From: an uncultured Mollicutes bacterium
Lineage (GTDB): Bacteria; Bacillota_I; Bacilli_A; ML615J-28; CAG-313
Length of the DNA stretch: 64,000 nucleotides
Assembly (NCBI GenBank): GCA_900548675.1
Contig: URLJ01000004.1
Location: 13,943-77,942 of the forward strand
Direction: 5' to 3'
This document shows positions 21,904 through 30,824 of the stretch, one piece after another (the stretch's first letter is position 1; every line of letters begins with the position of its first letter). Position numbers and translations under genes: made by a program. A model generated the notes under the pieces. It was given only the letters and a program-made list of their open reading frames with translations. It did not search any database and was not told the DNA's origin.

Positions 21904-21940
21904 AAATGTAGGCTTTATTTTCGGCCTGCATTTATTTTTA
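21904..21940. terminator. Bidirectional terminator between ribU and the Cof phosphatase gene
   Basis: AAATGTAGGC ... GCCTGCATTT stem (one G-U pair) with an A-run before and a T-run after. Confidence 0.6.
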
Positions 21941-21962
21941 ATTAAATGATAGTTTTTATTAT

Positions 21963-22766
21963 TTATTCAAAATATGTTCTTAAAAATTTCAACACGCCTT
22001 GTTCATCAAATTTAGAAGTAGTAGTAGTGGCATATGGCAATAAATCAGGATGAGCGTTAGCCATAGCTACACGAGTGTTAACATTTTGGAACATTTCAAT
22101 GTCATTGTGTCCATCACCAATGGCTATCGTATTTTTAGGATCTATCTTATAATATGATATAGCATCCTTGATGCCACTGCCTTTATTAACACTGATATTA
22201 TAAATTTCTACAATATTGTAATTTCCAATAGACCAATATCTCGAACGTAGTGTTTGATAATATTTTTTTGCGACATACTGTTGTAGTTTTTCAACCATAT
22301 CATTGGTAACAAACATTAAACATCCATGGGGATTATCAGGAAGGGTTTCTGATATAGAACCTTCGATTAAAGTTCCACCATCTACATGAAGAAAATCATG
22401 AATTTTATCATTGTACTCATTGACATAAATTGTGTCGTATATTTCAGCGAAAGCGTTGATTAAACCTTTTTTTGAAAATTTCAAAATATCTTTTAACTCA
22501 CTTAATTTTACGCGAAAATCGGTAATAGGATAATTTTTATCTGTAGGATTTGTAACGAGGGCCCCATTATAATTGATTATTGGCGTTGTTAATCCGAGTG
22601 CTTTATATACGAAGTAACTTGAACGAAGAGGACGTCCCGTCGCGATGATAACAATGTGTCCTAAATCAATTAGTTTTTTTAAATAATTTATAGTCTCTAA
22701 ATCGTAGTGAGAAAAATCAAGCATCAGGGTTCCATCTAAATCTAAAGCAATTAAATGTTTTTCCAT
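21963..22766 (-). CDS. Cof-type HAD-IIB family phosphatase
   Basis: Motif I LIALDLDGTL, motif II ATGR, motif IV GDGHNDIEM. Size is typical of Cof/YidA-like sugar phosphatases. Confidence 0.85.
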   Translation of the reverse strand: MEKHLIALDLDGTLMLDFSHYDLETINYLKKLIDLGHIVIIATGRPLRSSYFVYKALGLTTPIINYNGALVTNPTDKNYPITDFRVKLSELKDILKFSKKGLINAFAEIYDTIYVNEYNDKIHDFLHVDGGTLIEGSISETLPDNPHGCLMFVTNDMVEKLQQYVAKKYYQTLRSRYWSIGNYNIVEIYNISVNKGSGIKDAISYYKIDPKNTIAIGDGHNDIEMFQNVNTRVAMANAHPDLLPYATTTTSKFDEQGVLKFLRTYFE

Positions 22767-22928
22767 AGCATCCTCCTATATTGTTAAAGTATATCATAAT
22801 TAGGTAAAAAAAGCGAGTATTTTAATCTTATTGTCACAAAAAGAAATTTAGTTGTTGATTTGCAAAAAAAAGAAATTTTAGGTATAATATATAATAGAGA
22901 AAAATACCGATTTTTACAAGGAGGATAT

Positions 22929-23747
22929 ATGTTAGTTTTAACTTCACTCGACGATTTAGTTACTTCGTTTTTTACTAATTTAGGAAAAAACTTTACATGG
23001 ACAAGTTTTTTTATTCTTCTTACAGGTGTCCTCATAGGAATGATTTTATTTACGAGTATTTATGGAATTTTAATGATAGTATCTATAAAGACCGATAAAC
23101 GTCTGCAAAATCTTGAAAAAAGTACCAATACTATTAATGATGAAATCTTAAAAGAAAAAATCAAAGAAATTAAAAAACAATTTAAAAAAGATACGGCTGG
23201 TTTTACAGTAAACGAAAAAATGAAAGTATTAGGTAGTACTATTTTTGAAACTGTAAACGTTATAGCTGGTGAATATTATCCAGAGTCAAAGTATCCGTTA
23301 TATGAACTTACTGTAGATGAATTATTACAATTCTTACATTACATATCTGATCGCATTAGTTTAGTATTTGATCGTAAATTATTGAAGCCCTTTAGAGAAA
23401 TGAGCGTTAGTCAAGTCTTCCGTTTTCTAGATACGAAGAAACGCTTAGAAAATAATAAAGCCGTTAAGGCTGCCAATAAGATACATATTGGGAAGGTATC
23501 CAATTTCTTTTTTACTGTTTTAAATTATGCAAATCCTGTATATTGGTTTAAACGTTTAATTCTCGGTGGAACTATATCTGCAGCAACAAATAAGATAGCA
23601 TTAATAATTATCGACATCGTTGCTGACGAAACAAATAAAACTTATAGTAAGAGAATATTCAACAAAGAGATCAGTTTAAATAAAGAAGAAATTGATGCAG
23701 TTTTAGATGAATTTGATAAAGAAAGTGAGGAAAATATCGATGAGTAA
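22929..23747 (+). CDS. Membrane-anchored protein of unknown function, coupled to the ftsK-like gene
   Basis: Start set at the ATG behind AAGGAGG; the ORF caller start at 22860 lacks an RBS. N-terminal hydrophobic segment TWTSFFILLTGVLIGMILFTSIYGILMIVSI, then a soluble region of about 220 aa. The stop overlaps the next ATG by 8 nt. Confidence 0.6.
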   Translation: MLVLTSLDDLVTSFFTNLGKNFTWTSFFILLTGVLIGMILFTSIYGILMIVSIKTDKRLQNLEKSTNTINDEILKEKIKEIKKQFKKDTAGFTVNEKMKVLGSTIFETVNVIAGEYYPESKYPLYELTVDELLQFLHYISDRISLVFDRKLLKPFREMSVSQVFRFLDTKKRLENNKAVKAANKIHIGKVSNFFFTVLNYANPVYWFKRLILGGTISAATNKIALIIIDIVADETNKTYSKRIFNKEISLNKEEIDAVLDEFDKESEENIDE

Positions 23748-25815
23748 TCAAAGAAAAGAATTTTATATTCCAACTCTTTCGGATGATAAAAAAGAGTTAG
23801 AAAAGGAAAATGATCAAGCTAGTTCTATGACTTCAAAAGAAGCAAAAGAAGAAAATATAAAAAATGCTCCGGATGTTTTTGTTTCACCTTTTTTAGGCCC
23901 TCAAGCAAATAGGGTAGCAGATACAAGTCAAAATAGTACAACTGGTAGAAAAAGATATGATGATTACCGCGATCAAACTAATCGTGAATATGGTTTGACT
24001 AAAGAAAGTTATTATCAAGATGACCGTGTTATGACAACAGAAGATTATTTAGAAATTCTCGATAATGGAACTCCTAAGAGAACTGCTAGTAAATCGGTAG
24101 GAAAATGGGAAGATATTAAACAAACTGCTCCAAAAAATATCGATGATGGTATGGCGGTTCCGAGTTTTGAACGTGAACACCGTAAAGAAGAACAATATGT
24201 TCCAGTAAATGACAAACGTGATCTCGATGAAAGCTTTAAAATAGTAGTGGGAGCAAATGATGAGACTCTTAACAAAACAAAGGTACCTACTGAAGTTAAG
24301 GAAGAGGTAATATACGAAAAAGAAGTAGAAGTAGGAGAAAGAGAAAAACCACAAAATAAAACTATTATAAAAACAGATGCTCCTAAAAGAAAAGGCACTA
24401 AGTATGTCTTTCCACCACTTAGCATACTTTCTTCTGAAACGTTCAAAAACAATCAAAAGAATACATGGGCTGATGAACAAAGTGCAATAATTAATCAAAC
24501 ATTTGAAGAATTTAATTATGCTGCTAAAGTAGCAGGGTATATATGCGGACCATCTGTAACACAATTTTTGATTTCTGTCGCATCGGGAACAAAGGTTAGT
24601 AATATTCGTAATTTTGAACGGGATTTATTGTTAAAATTATCAGCAAGATCTATTAGAATACAAGATCCGATTCCTGGGAAAAGCTATGCTGGTATCGAAA
24701 TACCTAATCAAGAAAGAAAAATGGTACCACTTGGCAATTTAATAAACAATCGTAAATTCCTAGACGATAATAGAAAATTATTGGTAGCTTTAGGACTCGA
24801 TATAACAGGAGATGAAGAGTATGTTGATATCGCTAAAATGCCTCATGGTTTAATTGCAGGGGCTACAGGTAGTGGTAAAAGTGTATGTATAAATTCATTA
24901 ATTATAAGTTTATTGTATAAAAATACTCCTGAAGAGTTAAAACTAATTTTAATCGATCCTAAAATGGTTGAACTATCATGTTATGATGGAATTCCACATC
25001 TTGCGATGCCTGTAATAACAGAACCACGTAAGGCTGCAGCAGCTTTAAATTGGGCAACGCTTGAGATGGACCGCCGTTTCGATGTTTTCAAAACTTTCCA
25101 TGCCAGAAACATTCAGTCATATAATGAAAATGTTTTGGAAAATGGTGGTCAAATTATGCCTTATATTGTAGTAATAATCGATGAATTAGCTGATTTAATG
25201 GCAGTTGCCTCAAGTGAAATTGAAACCAGCATTCAACGTCTTACTCAAAAAGCCAGAGCAGCAGGTATTCACCTAATCGTTGCCACTCAACGTCCTTCAA
25301 CAGATGTTATCAAAGGTACTATAAAAAATAATATTCCAGTAAGAATAGCTTTTAGACTTTCGTCATATTCTGATTCTGGTACAGTTATTGATCATGGCGG
25401 TGCCGAAAAACTTCTTGGCAATGGTGATATGCTATATGTAGATGATTTCGGTGAAAGACGTATTCAAGGTACTTATGTAAAAGACATGGAAATAATGAAA
25501 ATAACGAATTTTTTAAGTGAACGTTATGCGGTTAATTATCTTGTCGAAGAAAGTGATCTTGAGGAAAAAGCTATAATTAATAAATTTGATGATGATCAAG
25601 ATGAAATTTTTGAAGAAGTAGCAAGATATGTTGTAAAATATAATGTTGGTTCTAATAATAGAATTACGCAAGAATTTAATATTAGTTTTAACCGGGCAAA
25701 TAGATTATTAATGAAAATGGAATCCTTAGGAATAGTTTCAAGTACAGTAAAAGGTAAACAACGTGAAGTATTGGTTACCGAAACAGAACTTGAAGATATT
25801 TTAAATAATTTATAA
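23740..25815 (+). CDS. FtsK/SpoIIIE-family DNA translocase lacking an N-terminal membrane domain (SftA-like)
   Basis: Walker A GATGSGKSV, Walker B VVIIDELADL, RAAGIHLIVATQRPS, and a C-terminal gamma-like winged helix. The first ~220 residues are hydrophilic (K/E/D/T-rich). Start set at the ATG behind GTGAGGA. Confidence 0.9.
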   Translation: MSNQRKEFYIPTLSDDKKELEKENDQASSMTSKEAKEENIKNAPDVFVSPFLGPQANRVADTSQNSTTGRKRYDDYRDQTNREYGLTKESYYQDDRVMTTEDYLEILDNGTPKRTASKSVGKWEDIKQTAPKNIDDGMAVPSFEREHRKEEQYVPVNDKRDLDESFKIVVGANDETLNKTKVPTEVKEEVIYEKEVEVGEREKPQNKTIIKTDAPKRKGTKYVFPPLSILSSETFKNNQKNTWADEQSAIINQTFEEFNYAAKVAGYICGPSVTQFLISVASGTKVSNIRNFERDLLLKLSARSIRIQDPIPGKSYAGIEIPNQERKMVPLGNLINNRKFLDDNRKLLVALGLDITGDEEYVDIAKMPHGLIAGATGSGKSVCINSLIISLLYKNTPEELKLILIDPKMVELSCYDGIPHLAMPVITEPRKAAAALNWATLEMDRRFDVFKTFHARNIQSYNENVLENGGQIMPYIVVIIDELADLMAVASSEIETSIQRLTQKARAAGIHLIVATQRPSTDVIKGTIKNNIPVRIAFRLSSYSDSGTVIDHGGAEKLLGNGDMLYVDDFGERRIQGTYVKDMEIMKITNFLSERYAVNYLVEESDLEEKAIINKFDDDQDEIFEEVARYVVKYNVGSNNRITQEFNISFNRANRLLMKMESLGIVSSTVKGKQREVLVTETELEDILNNL

Positions 25816-25830
25816 AGTTAGGTGAAATAA

Positions 25831-26985
25831 ATGATTGAAGAACTTGAACCTAAAAATGAAAATGAGCAAGAAGTTCAAAAAGAAGATCAATCTTCAGAAG
25901 AAGATTCTAAATTGGAACAGAATGATAAACCTGCAGAAGATACTCCTTTAGCCCAAGAAGATGAATACTGGTTGGAAGGGGCAACTGCAGAACAAATTGA
26001 AGAATATAAATTAAAAAAACTTGAAGAAGAAAAAGAATTAAGCGCTGAGGAACAAGAAAAACTTGATAAAGAAAAAAACCGTAAATTAAATAAAAAATTC
26101 TTAATTTTAATATTAGGCTTTATGGTATGTTCTCTTTTATATTTAGTTTGTGCTTCTATTGGAAAGTATAATATGTTGTATCACGTTGATCTTGATACAA
26201 CAAAAGACTCAATTTCTTCCATAACAGCACTGAAATATATAAAGTATGCTATGTATGTATGTTATGCTATAAGTATTGTAGGATTTATTTTTTTAATTCT
26301 TCATTTTACAAAAGTAAAGATTAATATACCACTAGCCAGAAAAGAACAAATATATGATATTCTTGATTGGGTAATAATACTACCAATTTGTATTGTTATT
26401 ACTACAATTTGTTTTAGTTTAATATTTACTTTCACTGTTGTGAATGGTGAGTCAATGCAACCTACACTTTATCAAAATGATAAATTATTTGTTCTATATC
26501 ATAAAAAAATAGAACATAATGATGTTGTAATAGTTTACGCTGATAAAGAAAAATATTTTAATGTTGAAAAAAATTCTTTATATGTAAAACGTGTCATAGC
26601 CTTACCAGGCGATAAGATTCAAAACGAATATGGTGATTTAATAATCAATGGTGAAAAAGCCGATATGTCATTTTGTAAAAAAAATGCCTATGATCGTGTT
26701 GAAAACAACTTTAACTCGACAATTGCGAAAGGTGTAAAAGAATTATCACGAGATACCGCTTTTAACTTTTGTTTTGTCGCAGACGTTGTAAACGATAAAA
26801 AACAAATTTGTGAATATACTGATGATTTAATTTTCACAGTTCCTAAAGGATATTATTTAGTACTTGGTGATAATCGAGGCAATTCTAATGATAGTAGAAG
26901 ATTAGGGCTAATAAGCAAAGATGACATAGAAGGCGTTGTTGTAAGCAAAATTGAAGGTATAATAGGCTTTAAAAAAATAAATTAG
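25831..26985 (+). CDS. lepB: Signal peptidase I (S26) with a long N-terminal extension
   Basis: Catalytic Ser box NGESMQPTL, Lys box YVKRVIALPGD, and GDNRGNSNDSR. It is preceded by an acidic region of about 88 aa and three hydrophobic segments. Confidence 0.88.
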   Translation: MIEELEPKNENEQEVQKEDQSSEEDSKLEQNDKPAEDTPLAQEDEYWLEGATAEQIEEYKLKKLEEEKELSAEEQEKLDKEKNRKLNKKFLILILGFMVCSLLYLVCASIGKYNMLYHVDLDTTKDSISSITALKYIKYAMYVCYAISIVGFIFLILHFTKVKINIPLARKEQIYDILDWVIILPICIVITTICFSLIFTFTVVNGESMQPTLYQNDKLFVLYHKKIEHNDVVIVYADKEKYFNVEKNSLYVKRVIALPGDKIQNEYGDLIINGEKADMSFCKKNAYDRVENNFNSTIAKGVKELSRDTAFNFCFVADVVNDKKQICEYTDDLIFTVPKGYYLVLGDNRGNSNDSRRLGLISKDDIEGVVVSKIEGIIGFKKIN

Positions 26986-27012
26986 AAATTAAAGATTAGG
27001 AAGGATAAAAAG

Positions 27013-27858
27013 ATGATTCAATGGTATCCGGGCCATATGGCCAAAGCAATGCGCGAAATGGGCGAATTAGTTAAACTAGTAGATGCAGTAGTAATTTTAA
27101 TTGATGCTAGGATTCCAGCTTCATCAATTAATCCTAAACTAGATGAACTATTTAAAAATAAAACGTGTGTTTATATCTTTACGAAAAAAGATAAAGCTGA
27201 CGATTACTATACTAAGAAGTGGTTAAACCGCTATAAAAAAGAAGGAAAATACGCCATAAGTATAGATTTAAAGAGTGCCAATCCTTTTAACGAATTTTAT
27301 CCATTATTGCGAGAAGCTTTAAAACCAAAACGTGAGAAAGACCTAAAAAAGGGTCTCAAAATACGTCCTGCCAAATTAATGATTGTTGGTATTCCTAACG
27401 TTGGCAAATCAACGTTTATAAATCGTTTAGTAGGTAAAAAAGTTGTTGCGGTGGGAGATAAACCTGGCGTTACAAAACAACAACAGTGGATTAGAATTAA
27501 TGAGAATAGTAAACAGGTAATAGATAAATACGAACTTTTAGATACTCCTGGTGTTTTATGGCCAAAGTTTGAAAATGAGATTACAGGTTACCATTTAGCG
27601 TTAACAGGAGCTATTAGTGACAATGTTGTTAATCTTGAACATTTAGCAATGTATTTATGTTCTTTTCTCAAAAAGAATTATGAAGGTAGACTTACTAAAA
27701 GATATGATATCAGTGAAGATGTTGAAGAACATGAAGTTTTAGAAAAACTTGCCCTTAAAAAAAGAATAAGTGTATTAGAAACTGCTAAAATAATAATAAA
27801 TGATTATAGAAACGATGCTTTTCAAAAAATTACTTTGGATGTGATTAATGATGATTAG
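27013..27858 (+). CDS. rbgA: Ribosome biogenesis GTPase A (YlqF)
   Basis: IQWYPGHMAKA start and a circularly permuted GTPase motif order (TKKD ... GIPNVGKST ... DTPG). Confidence 0.93.
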   Translation: MIQWYPGHMAKAMREMGELVKLVDAVVILIDARIPASSINPKLDELFKNKTCVYIFTKKDKADDYYTKKWLNRYKKEGKYAISIDLKSANPFNEFYPLLREALKPKREKDLKKGLKIRPAKLMIVGIPNVGKSTFINRLVGKKVVAVGDKPGVTKQQQWIRINENSKQVIDKYELLDTPGVLWPKFENEITGYHLALTGAISDNVVNLEHLAMYLCSFLKKNYEGRLTKRYDISEDVEEHEVLEKLALKKRISVLETAKIIINDYRNDAFQKITLDVINDD

Positions 27859-28489
27859 AGTAAACGTCGAAAATAATTATCAAATTGAAACATCACTTTA
27901 TGAAGAAGGGTATAATAATATAGCAGGAACTGATGAGGTAGGTCGTGGTCCCATGGCAGGACCAGTGGTAGCATGCGCTGTTGTTTTTGAAAAAGGTCAT
28001 TATATTGAAGGTGTGACGGATTCAAAGAAAATATCTGACAAAAAACGACGTTTATTATATAATAAAATACTTAATGAGGCAAAGGCTGTAGGTGTAGCTT
28101 TTGTAAGCGAAAGAGTAATTGATAAAATAAATATTTATGAAGCATCAAGAAAGGCAATGGAACGAGCTCTTTTTAAAATAAAAACTAAAATTAAAATAGA
28201 TTACGTACTGACAGATGCTATGCCCCTAAATATTGATATTCCACAAATGAATATTATTAAAGGAGACGAAAATAGTTTTCTAATAGGGTGTGCAAGTATT
28301 GTCGCGAAAGTTGTGCGTGATGATTATATGATTAGACAAGCAAGTAAATATCCTCAATACGGATTTGAAAAACATAAAGGATATGTGACAAAAGCACATC
28401 GTGAGGCTATTCAAAAATATGGTGTTCTTCCGATACATCGGAAAACATACAAACCTGTTATGGATATACTAAAAAAAGACAATAAATAA
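27848..28489 (+). CDS. rnhB: Ribonuclease HII
   Basis: AGTDEVGRGPMAGPVV catalytic motif and DSKK. Conserved ylqF-rnhB adjacency. Confidence 0.94.
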   Translation: MMIRVNVENNYQIETSLYEEGYNNIAGTDEVGRGPMAGPVVACAVVFEKGHYIEGVTDSKKISDKKRRLLYNKILNEAKAVGVAFVSERVIDKINIYEASRKAMERALFKIKTKIKIDYVLTDAMPLNIDIPQMNIIKGDENSFLIGCASIVAKVVRDDYMIRQASKYPQYGFEKHKGYVTKAHREAIQKYGVLPIHRKTYKPVMDILKKDNK

Positions 28490-28502
28490 TGAGGTGAATA
28501 AA

Positions 28503-30605
28503 GTGAAACTATTAATAGTAGAATCACCAGCAAAGAGTAAAACAATAGAAAATTATTTGGGTGGCGATTACCATGTCGAAGCTAGCATGGGGCATATTAG
28601 AGACCTTTCAATAAAAGGAAAAGGTGGCTTCGGTGTAGATATTGAGAATAATTTTAAACCTGAATATGTCATTTTAGATGATAAAAAGGCTATAGTAGAA
28701 AAATTAAAAAAGTATGCGAATGAAGCAGAGCATGTTTTTCTAGCAACCGACCCCGACCGTGAAGGAGAGGCTATTAGTTGGCATTTACAAGAGGTTTTAG
28801 ATCAAAATCCTGACAAAGTGTCAAGAATTGTTTTTAACGAAATAACGAAAAAGGCCATTATCAATGCTTTAAATAATGACCGTGAAATAGATATGAATCT
28901 AGTCCACTCTCAAGAATCAAGAAGAATATTGGATCGTATAATAGGTTTTAGATTATCTAGTTTACTTCAACAAAAAATAGGGTCAAAATCTGCTGGAAGA
29001 GTTCAATCGGTAGCACTTAAACTTGTTGTTGATCGTGAAAAAGAAATTGAAGCATTCGATAAAGAAGAGTATTGGGATATATTTGCGTATTTAACAAAAG
29101 ACAAATATAATCTAAAAGCTAAATTTATTGGTACTAAAGATGCTAAAATATCTTTAAAAAATGAAGAGGAAACAAATGAAGTTTTAAAAGGTTTAGAAAA
29201 CGCAACTTACAAGGTTGCTTCAGTTGAAAAGAAGCGTAGAAAAAAATCTTCAAAACCTCCTTTCATTACATCAACACTCCAACAAGATGCCGGAGCAAGA
29301 TATCACTATAATGCTAAAAGAGTTATGAGTATAGCTCAAAAGTTATACGAAGGTTTAGATTTAGGAAAAGAACGTGTAGGTTTAATAACATATATGCGTA
29401 CTGACTCAATTCGTTTAGCTGATGATTTTGTTAGTAGTGCTAAAAAATTTATTACAGAAAAATATGGGGAAAATTATTATAAAGGTGTAAAAGCTAAAAA
29501 AACTAAATCAACACAACATATCCAAGATGCCCATGAAGCTATTAGACCGACTTCAATTGAGAGAACACCGGAATCAATCAAACAATATTTAAGCTTAGAA
29601 GAGTATAAATTATATACCCTCATTTACAATCGTGCGCTAGCATCCCTTATGAGTGATGCGATAGTAGAAGATACGGATGTGTTAGTTGGTGCTAATGAAT
29701 ATATGTTTGAACTTGAAGGTGAAAAAACAATCTACGATGGTTTTATGAAAATATACCAAGAAACAAGTATAGATGATGAAGAAGATTTATCAATTTTACC
29801 AGAAATACTTGTCGATGAAGTTTTAAATCTCCAAGAAATAAAGAAAGAACAAAAATTCACCAATCCTCCATATCGTTATACAGAAGCGAGACTAATTCGA
29901 AAAATGGAAGAATTAGGTATAGGTAGACCATCAACGTACGCACTTACAATGGAAACTTTGAGGGTTAGAAGTTATGTTAGTATGCAAAACAGAACTTTTG
30001 TTCCAACTGAGCAAGGTAGATTAACTAGTGAACAACTTGATTTATTCTTCAGTTCTATAATAAATGTCAAGTATACTGCTGAAATGGAAAATACGCTAGA
30101 CGAAATTAGCTTAGGACATAAAGTATGGTATGAAGAAATAAGAAAATTCTATGATATGTTCGCACCATTAATAGAAATTGCTCGCGATAATATGGTTAAA
30201 ATATATCCTAAACAAACGGATGAATTTTGTCCTGAATGCGGACTCCCTCTATTAATAAGAAGAGGTCCTTTCGGTGAATTTACAGCTTGTTCAGGATATC
30301 CAAGATGTAAATATATTAAAAAAGTTAAAAAGCCGGACCCTGTCAAAACAGGAATAACGTGTCCTATTTGTCATGAGGGTGAATTAGTAGAACGTATAAA
30401 CGCAAGAGGAAGAACTAAGGGTGCGAAGTTTTACGCATGTAGTTTGTTTCCGAAGTGTAAGGCAACATTTTCAGGTCTTCCAAATGGTGAAATATGTAAT
30501 ACCTGTGGTGCACCAATGATTGTGGTTGATGGTGTCGTACGCTGCGGCAACGAAAGATGTAAAACAAATCATCAGGTAACAAAAAAAGCAAAAGGGACGG
30601 AATAA
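28503..30605 (+). CDS. topA: DNA topoisomerase I
   Basis: Toprim start KLLIVESPAKSKTI, DPDREGEAISWH, and active-site region GLITYMRTDS. Three C-terminal Cys4 zinc ribbons. Start set at the GTG behind GAGGTGA; 28494 is an alternative. Confidence 0.96.
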   Translation: MKLLIVESPAKSKTIENYLGGDYHVEASMGHIRDLSIKGKGGFGVDIENNFKPEYVILDDKKAIVEKLKKYANEAEHVFLATDPDREGEAISWHLQEVLDQNPDKVSRIVFNEITKKAIINALNNDREIDMNLVHSQESRRILDRIIGFRLSSLLQQKIGSKSAGRVQSVALKLVVDREKEIEAFDKEEYWDIFAYLTKDKYNLKAKFIGTKDAKISLKNEEETNEVLKGLENATYKVASVEKKRRKKSSKPPFITSTLQQDAGARYHYNAKRVMSIAQKLYEGLDLGKERVGLITYMRTDSIRLADDFVSSAKKFITEKYGENYYKGVKAKKTKSTQHIQDAHEAIRPTSIERTPESIKQYLSLEEYKLYTLIYNRALASLMSDAIVEDTDVLVGANEYMFELEGEKTIYDGFMKIYQETSIDDEEDLSILPEILVDEVLNLQEIKKEQKFTNPPYRYTEARLIRKMEELGIGRPSTYALTMETLRVRSYVSMQNRTFVPTEQGRLTSEQLDLFFSSIINVKYTAEMENTLDEISLGHKVWYEEIRKFYDMFAPLIEIARDNMVKIYPKQTDEFCPECGLPLLIRRGPFGEFTACSGYPRCKYIKKVKKPDPVKTGITCPICHEGELVERINARGRTKGAKFYACSLFPKCKATFSGLPNGEICNTCGAPMIVVDGVVRCGNERCKTNHQVTKKAKGTE

Positions 30606-30619
30606 AAGGTCACTTTTAC

Positions 30620-30648
30620 TTGACATATGTCGAAAAATTTGTTATAAT
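30620..30648 (+). promoter_or_regulatory. Near-consensus sigma-A promoter (drives the candidate small RNA)
   Basis: TTGACA, 17-bp spacer, TATAAT with an upstream TG (TGTTATAAT). The palindrome GACATATGTC overlaps the -35. Confidence 0.6.
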
Positions 30649-30654
30649 ATTACT

Positions 30655-30750
30655 GCAACGTAAAGCGTTGCACATATCCCCTACACATTGTTAATATTAC
30701 TATTAACAAACCCTTCCTAACCCACTGTTACCCGCGGTGGGTTATTTTTT
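30655..30750 (+). ncRNA. Candidate ~95-nt small RNA or 5' leader with C-rich single-stranded stretches
   Basis: Bounded by the promoter above and an intrinsic terminator AACCCAC-N11-GTGGGTT plus T6. Two internal 7-bp hairpins: TGCAACG/CGTTGCA and TTGTTAA/TTAACAA. Unpaired CCCC, CCCTTCC and ACCC stretches. No ORF. Family not identified. Confidence 0.4.
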
Positions 30751-30824
30751 GATGTATCAATAAACGTGCAAAAATAAATAAAATTTGTTATAATATTATA
30801 AATGTATGAAAAGGAATTAAAAGT

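Noticed and set aside
22784-23035. 83-aa minus-strand ORF, and the upstream extension (22860..22928) of the plus-strand membrane-protein ORF.
   Set aside because: The strong AAGGAGG RBS sits before the ATG at 22929. The extension and the antisense ORF cover the promoter region of that gene.
24045-24564. Two long minus-strand ORFs (135 and 171 aa) inside the ftsK-like gene.
   Set aside because: They lie antisense to a K/E-rich linker (AAA/GAA codons read as TTT/TTC), which suppresses stops. The products are Phe/Ser/Leu-rich with no RBS. This is a typical shadow-ORF artefact.
30627-30638. ATGTCGAAAAAT shared by the spacer of this promoter and the pfkA promoter spacer (45741..45752), possibly a common regulator site.
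   Set aside because: A 12-mer match in 64 kb of AT-rich DNA on both strands is not surprising. The motif also sits in a register 2 nt different relative to the -35/-10 hexamers in the two promoters.
30644-30658. ATAATATTACTGCAA shared with the hrcA promoter/leader (56431..56445).
   Set aside because: Most of it is the -10 hexamer plus AT-rich discriminator. My rough estimate is that chance 15-mer matches are expected at this base composition. There is no further similarity downstream.
30688-30709. Rex-type operator: TTGTTAA ... TTAACAA are exactly the clostridial Rex half-sites.
   Set aside because: The spacing is 8 nt rather than the 4 nt of the TTGTTAA-N4-TTAACAA consensus. The element also lies inside the transcribed region, where it more simply forms an RNA hairpin.
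30650-30750. SRP RNA (4.5S/scRNA), given its position next to ftsY and ffh.
   Set aside because: No domain IV signature is present: no GGAA-type tetraloop flanked by the conserved AGCA / GGAAGCAGCC-like symmetric-loop sequences. The hairpins are AT-rich and unrelated to it.
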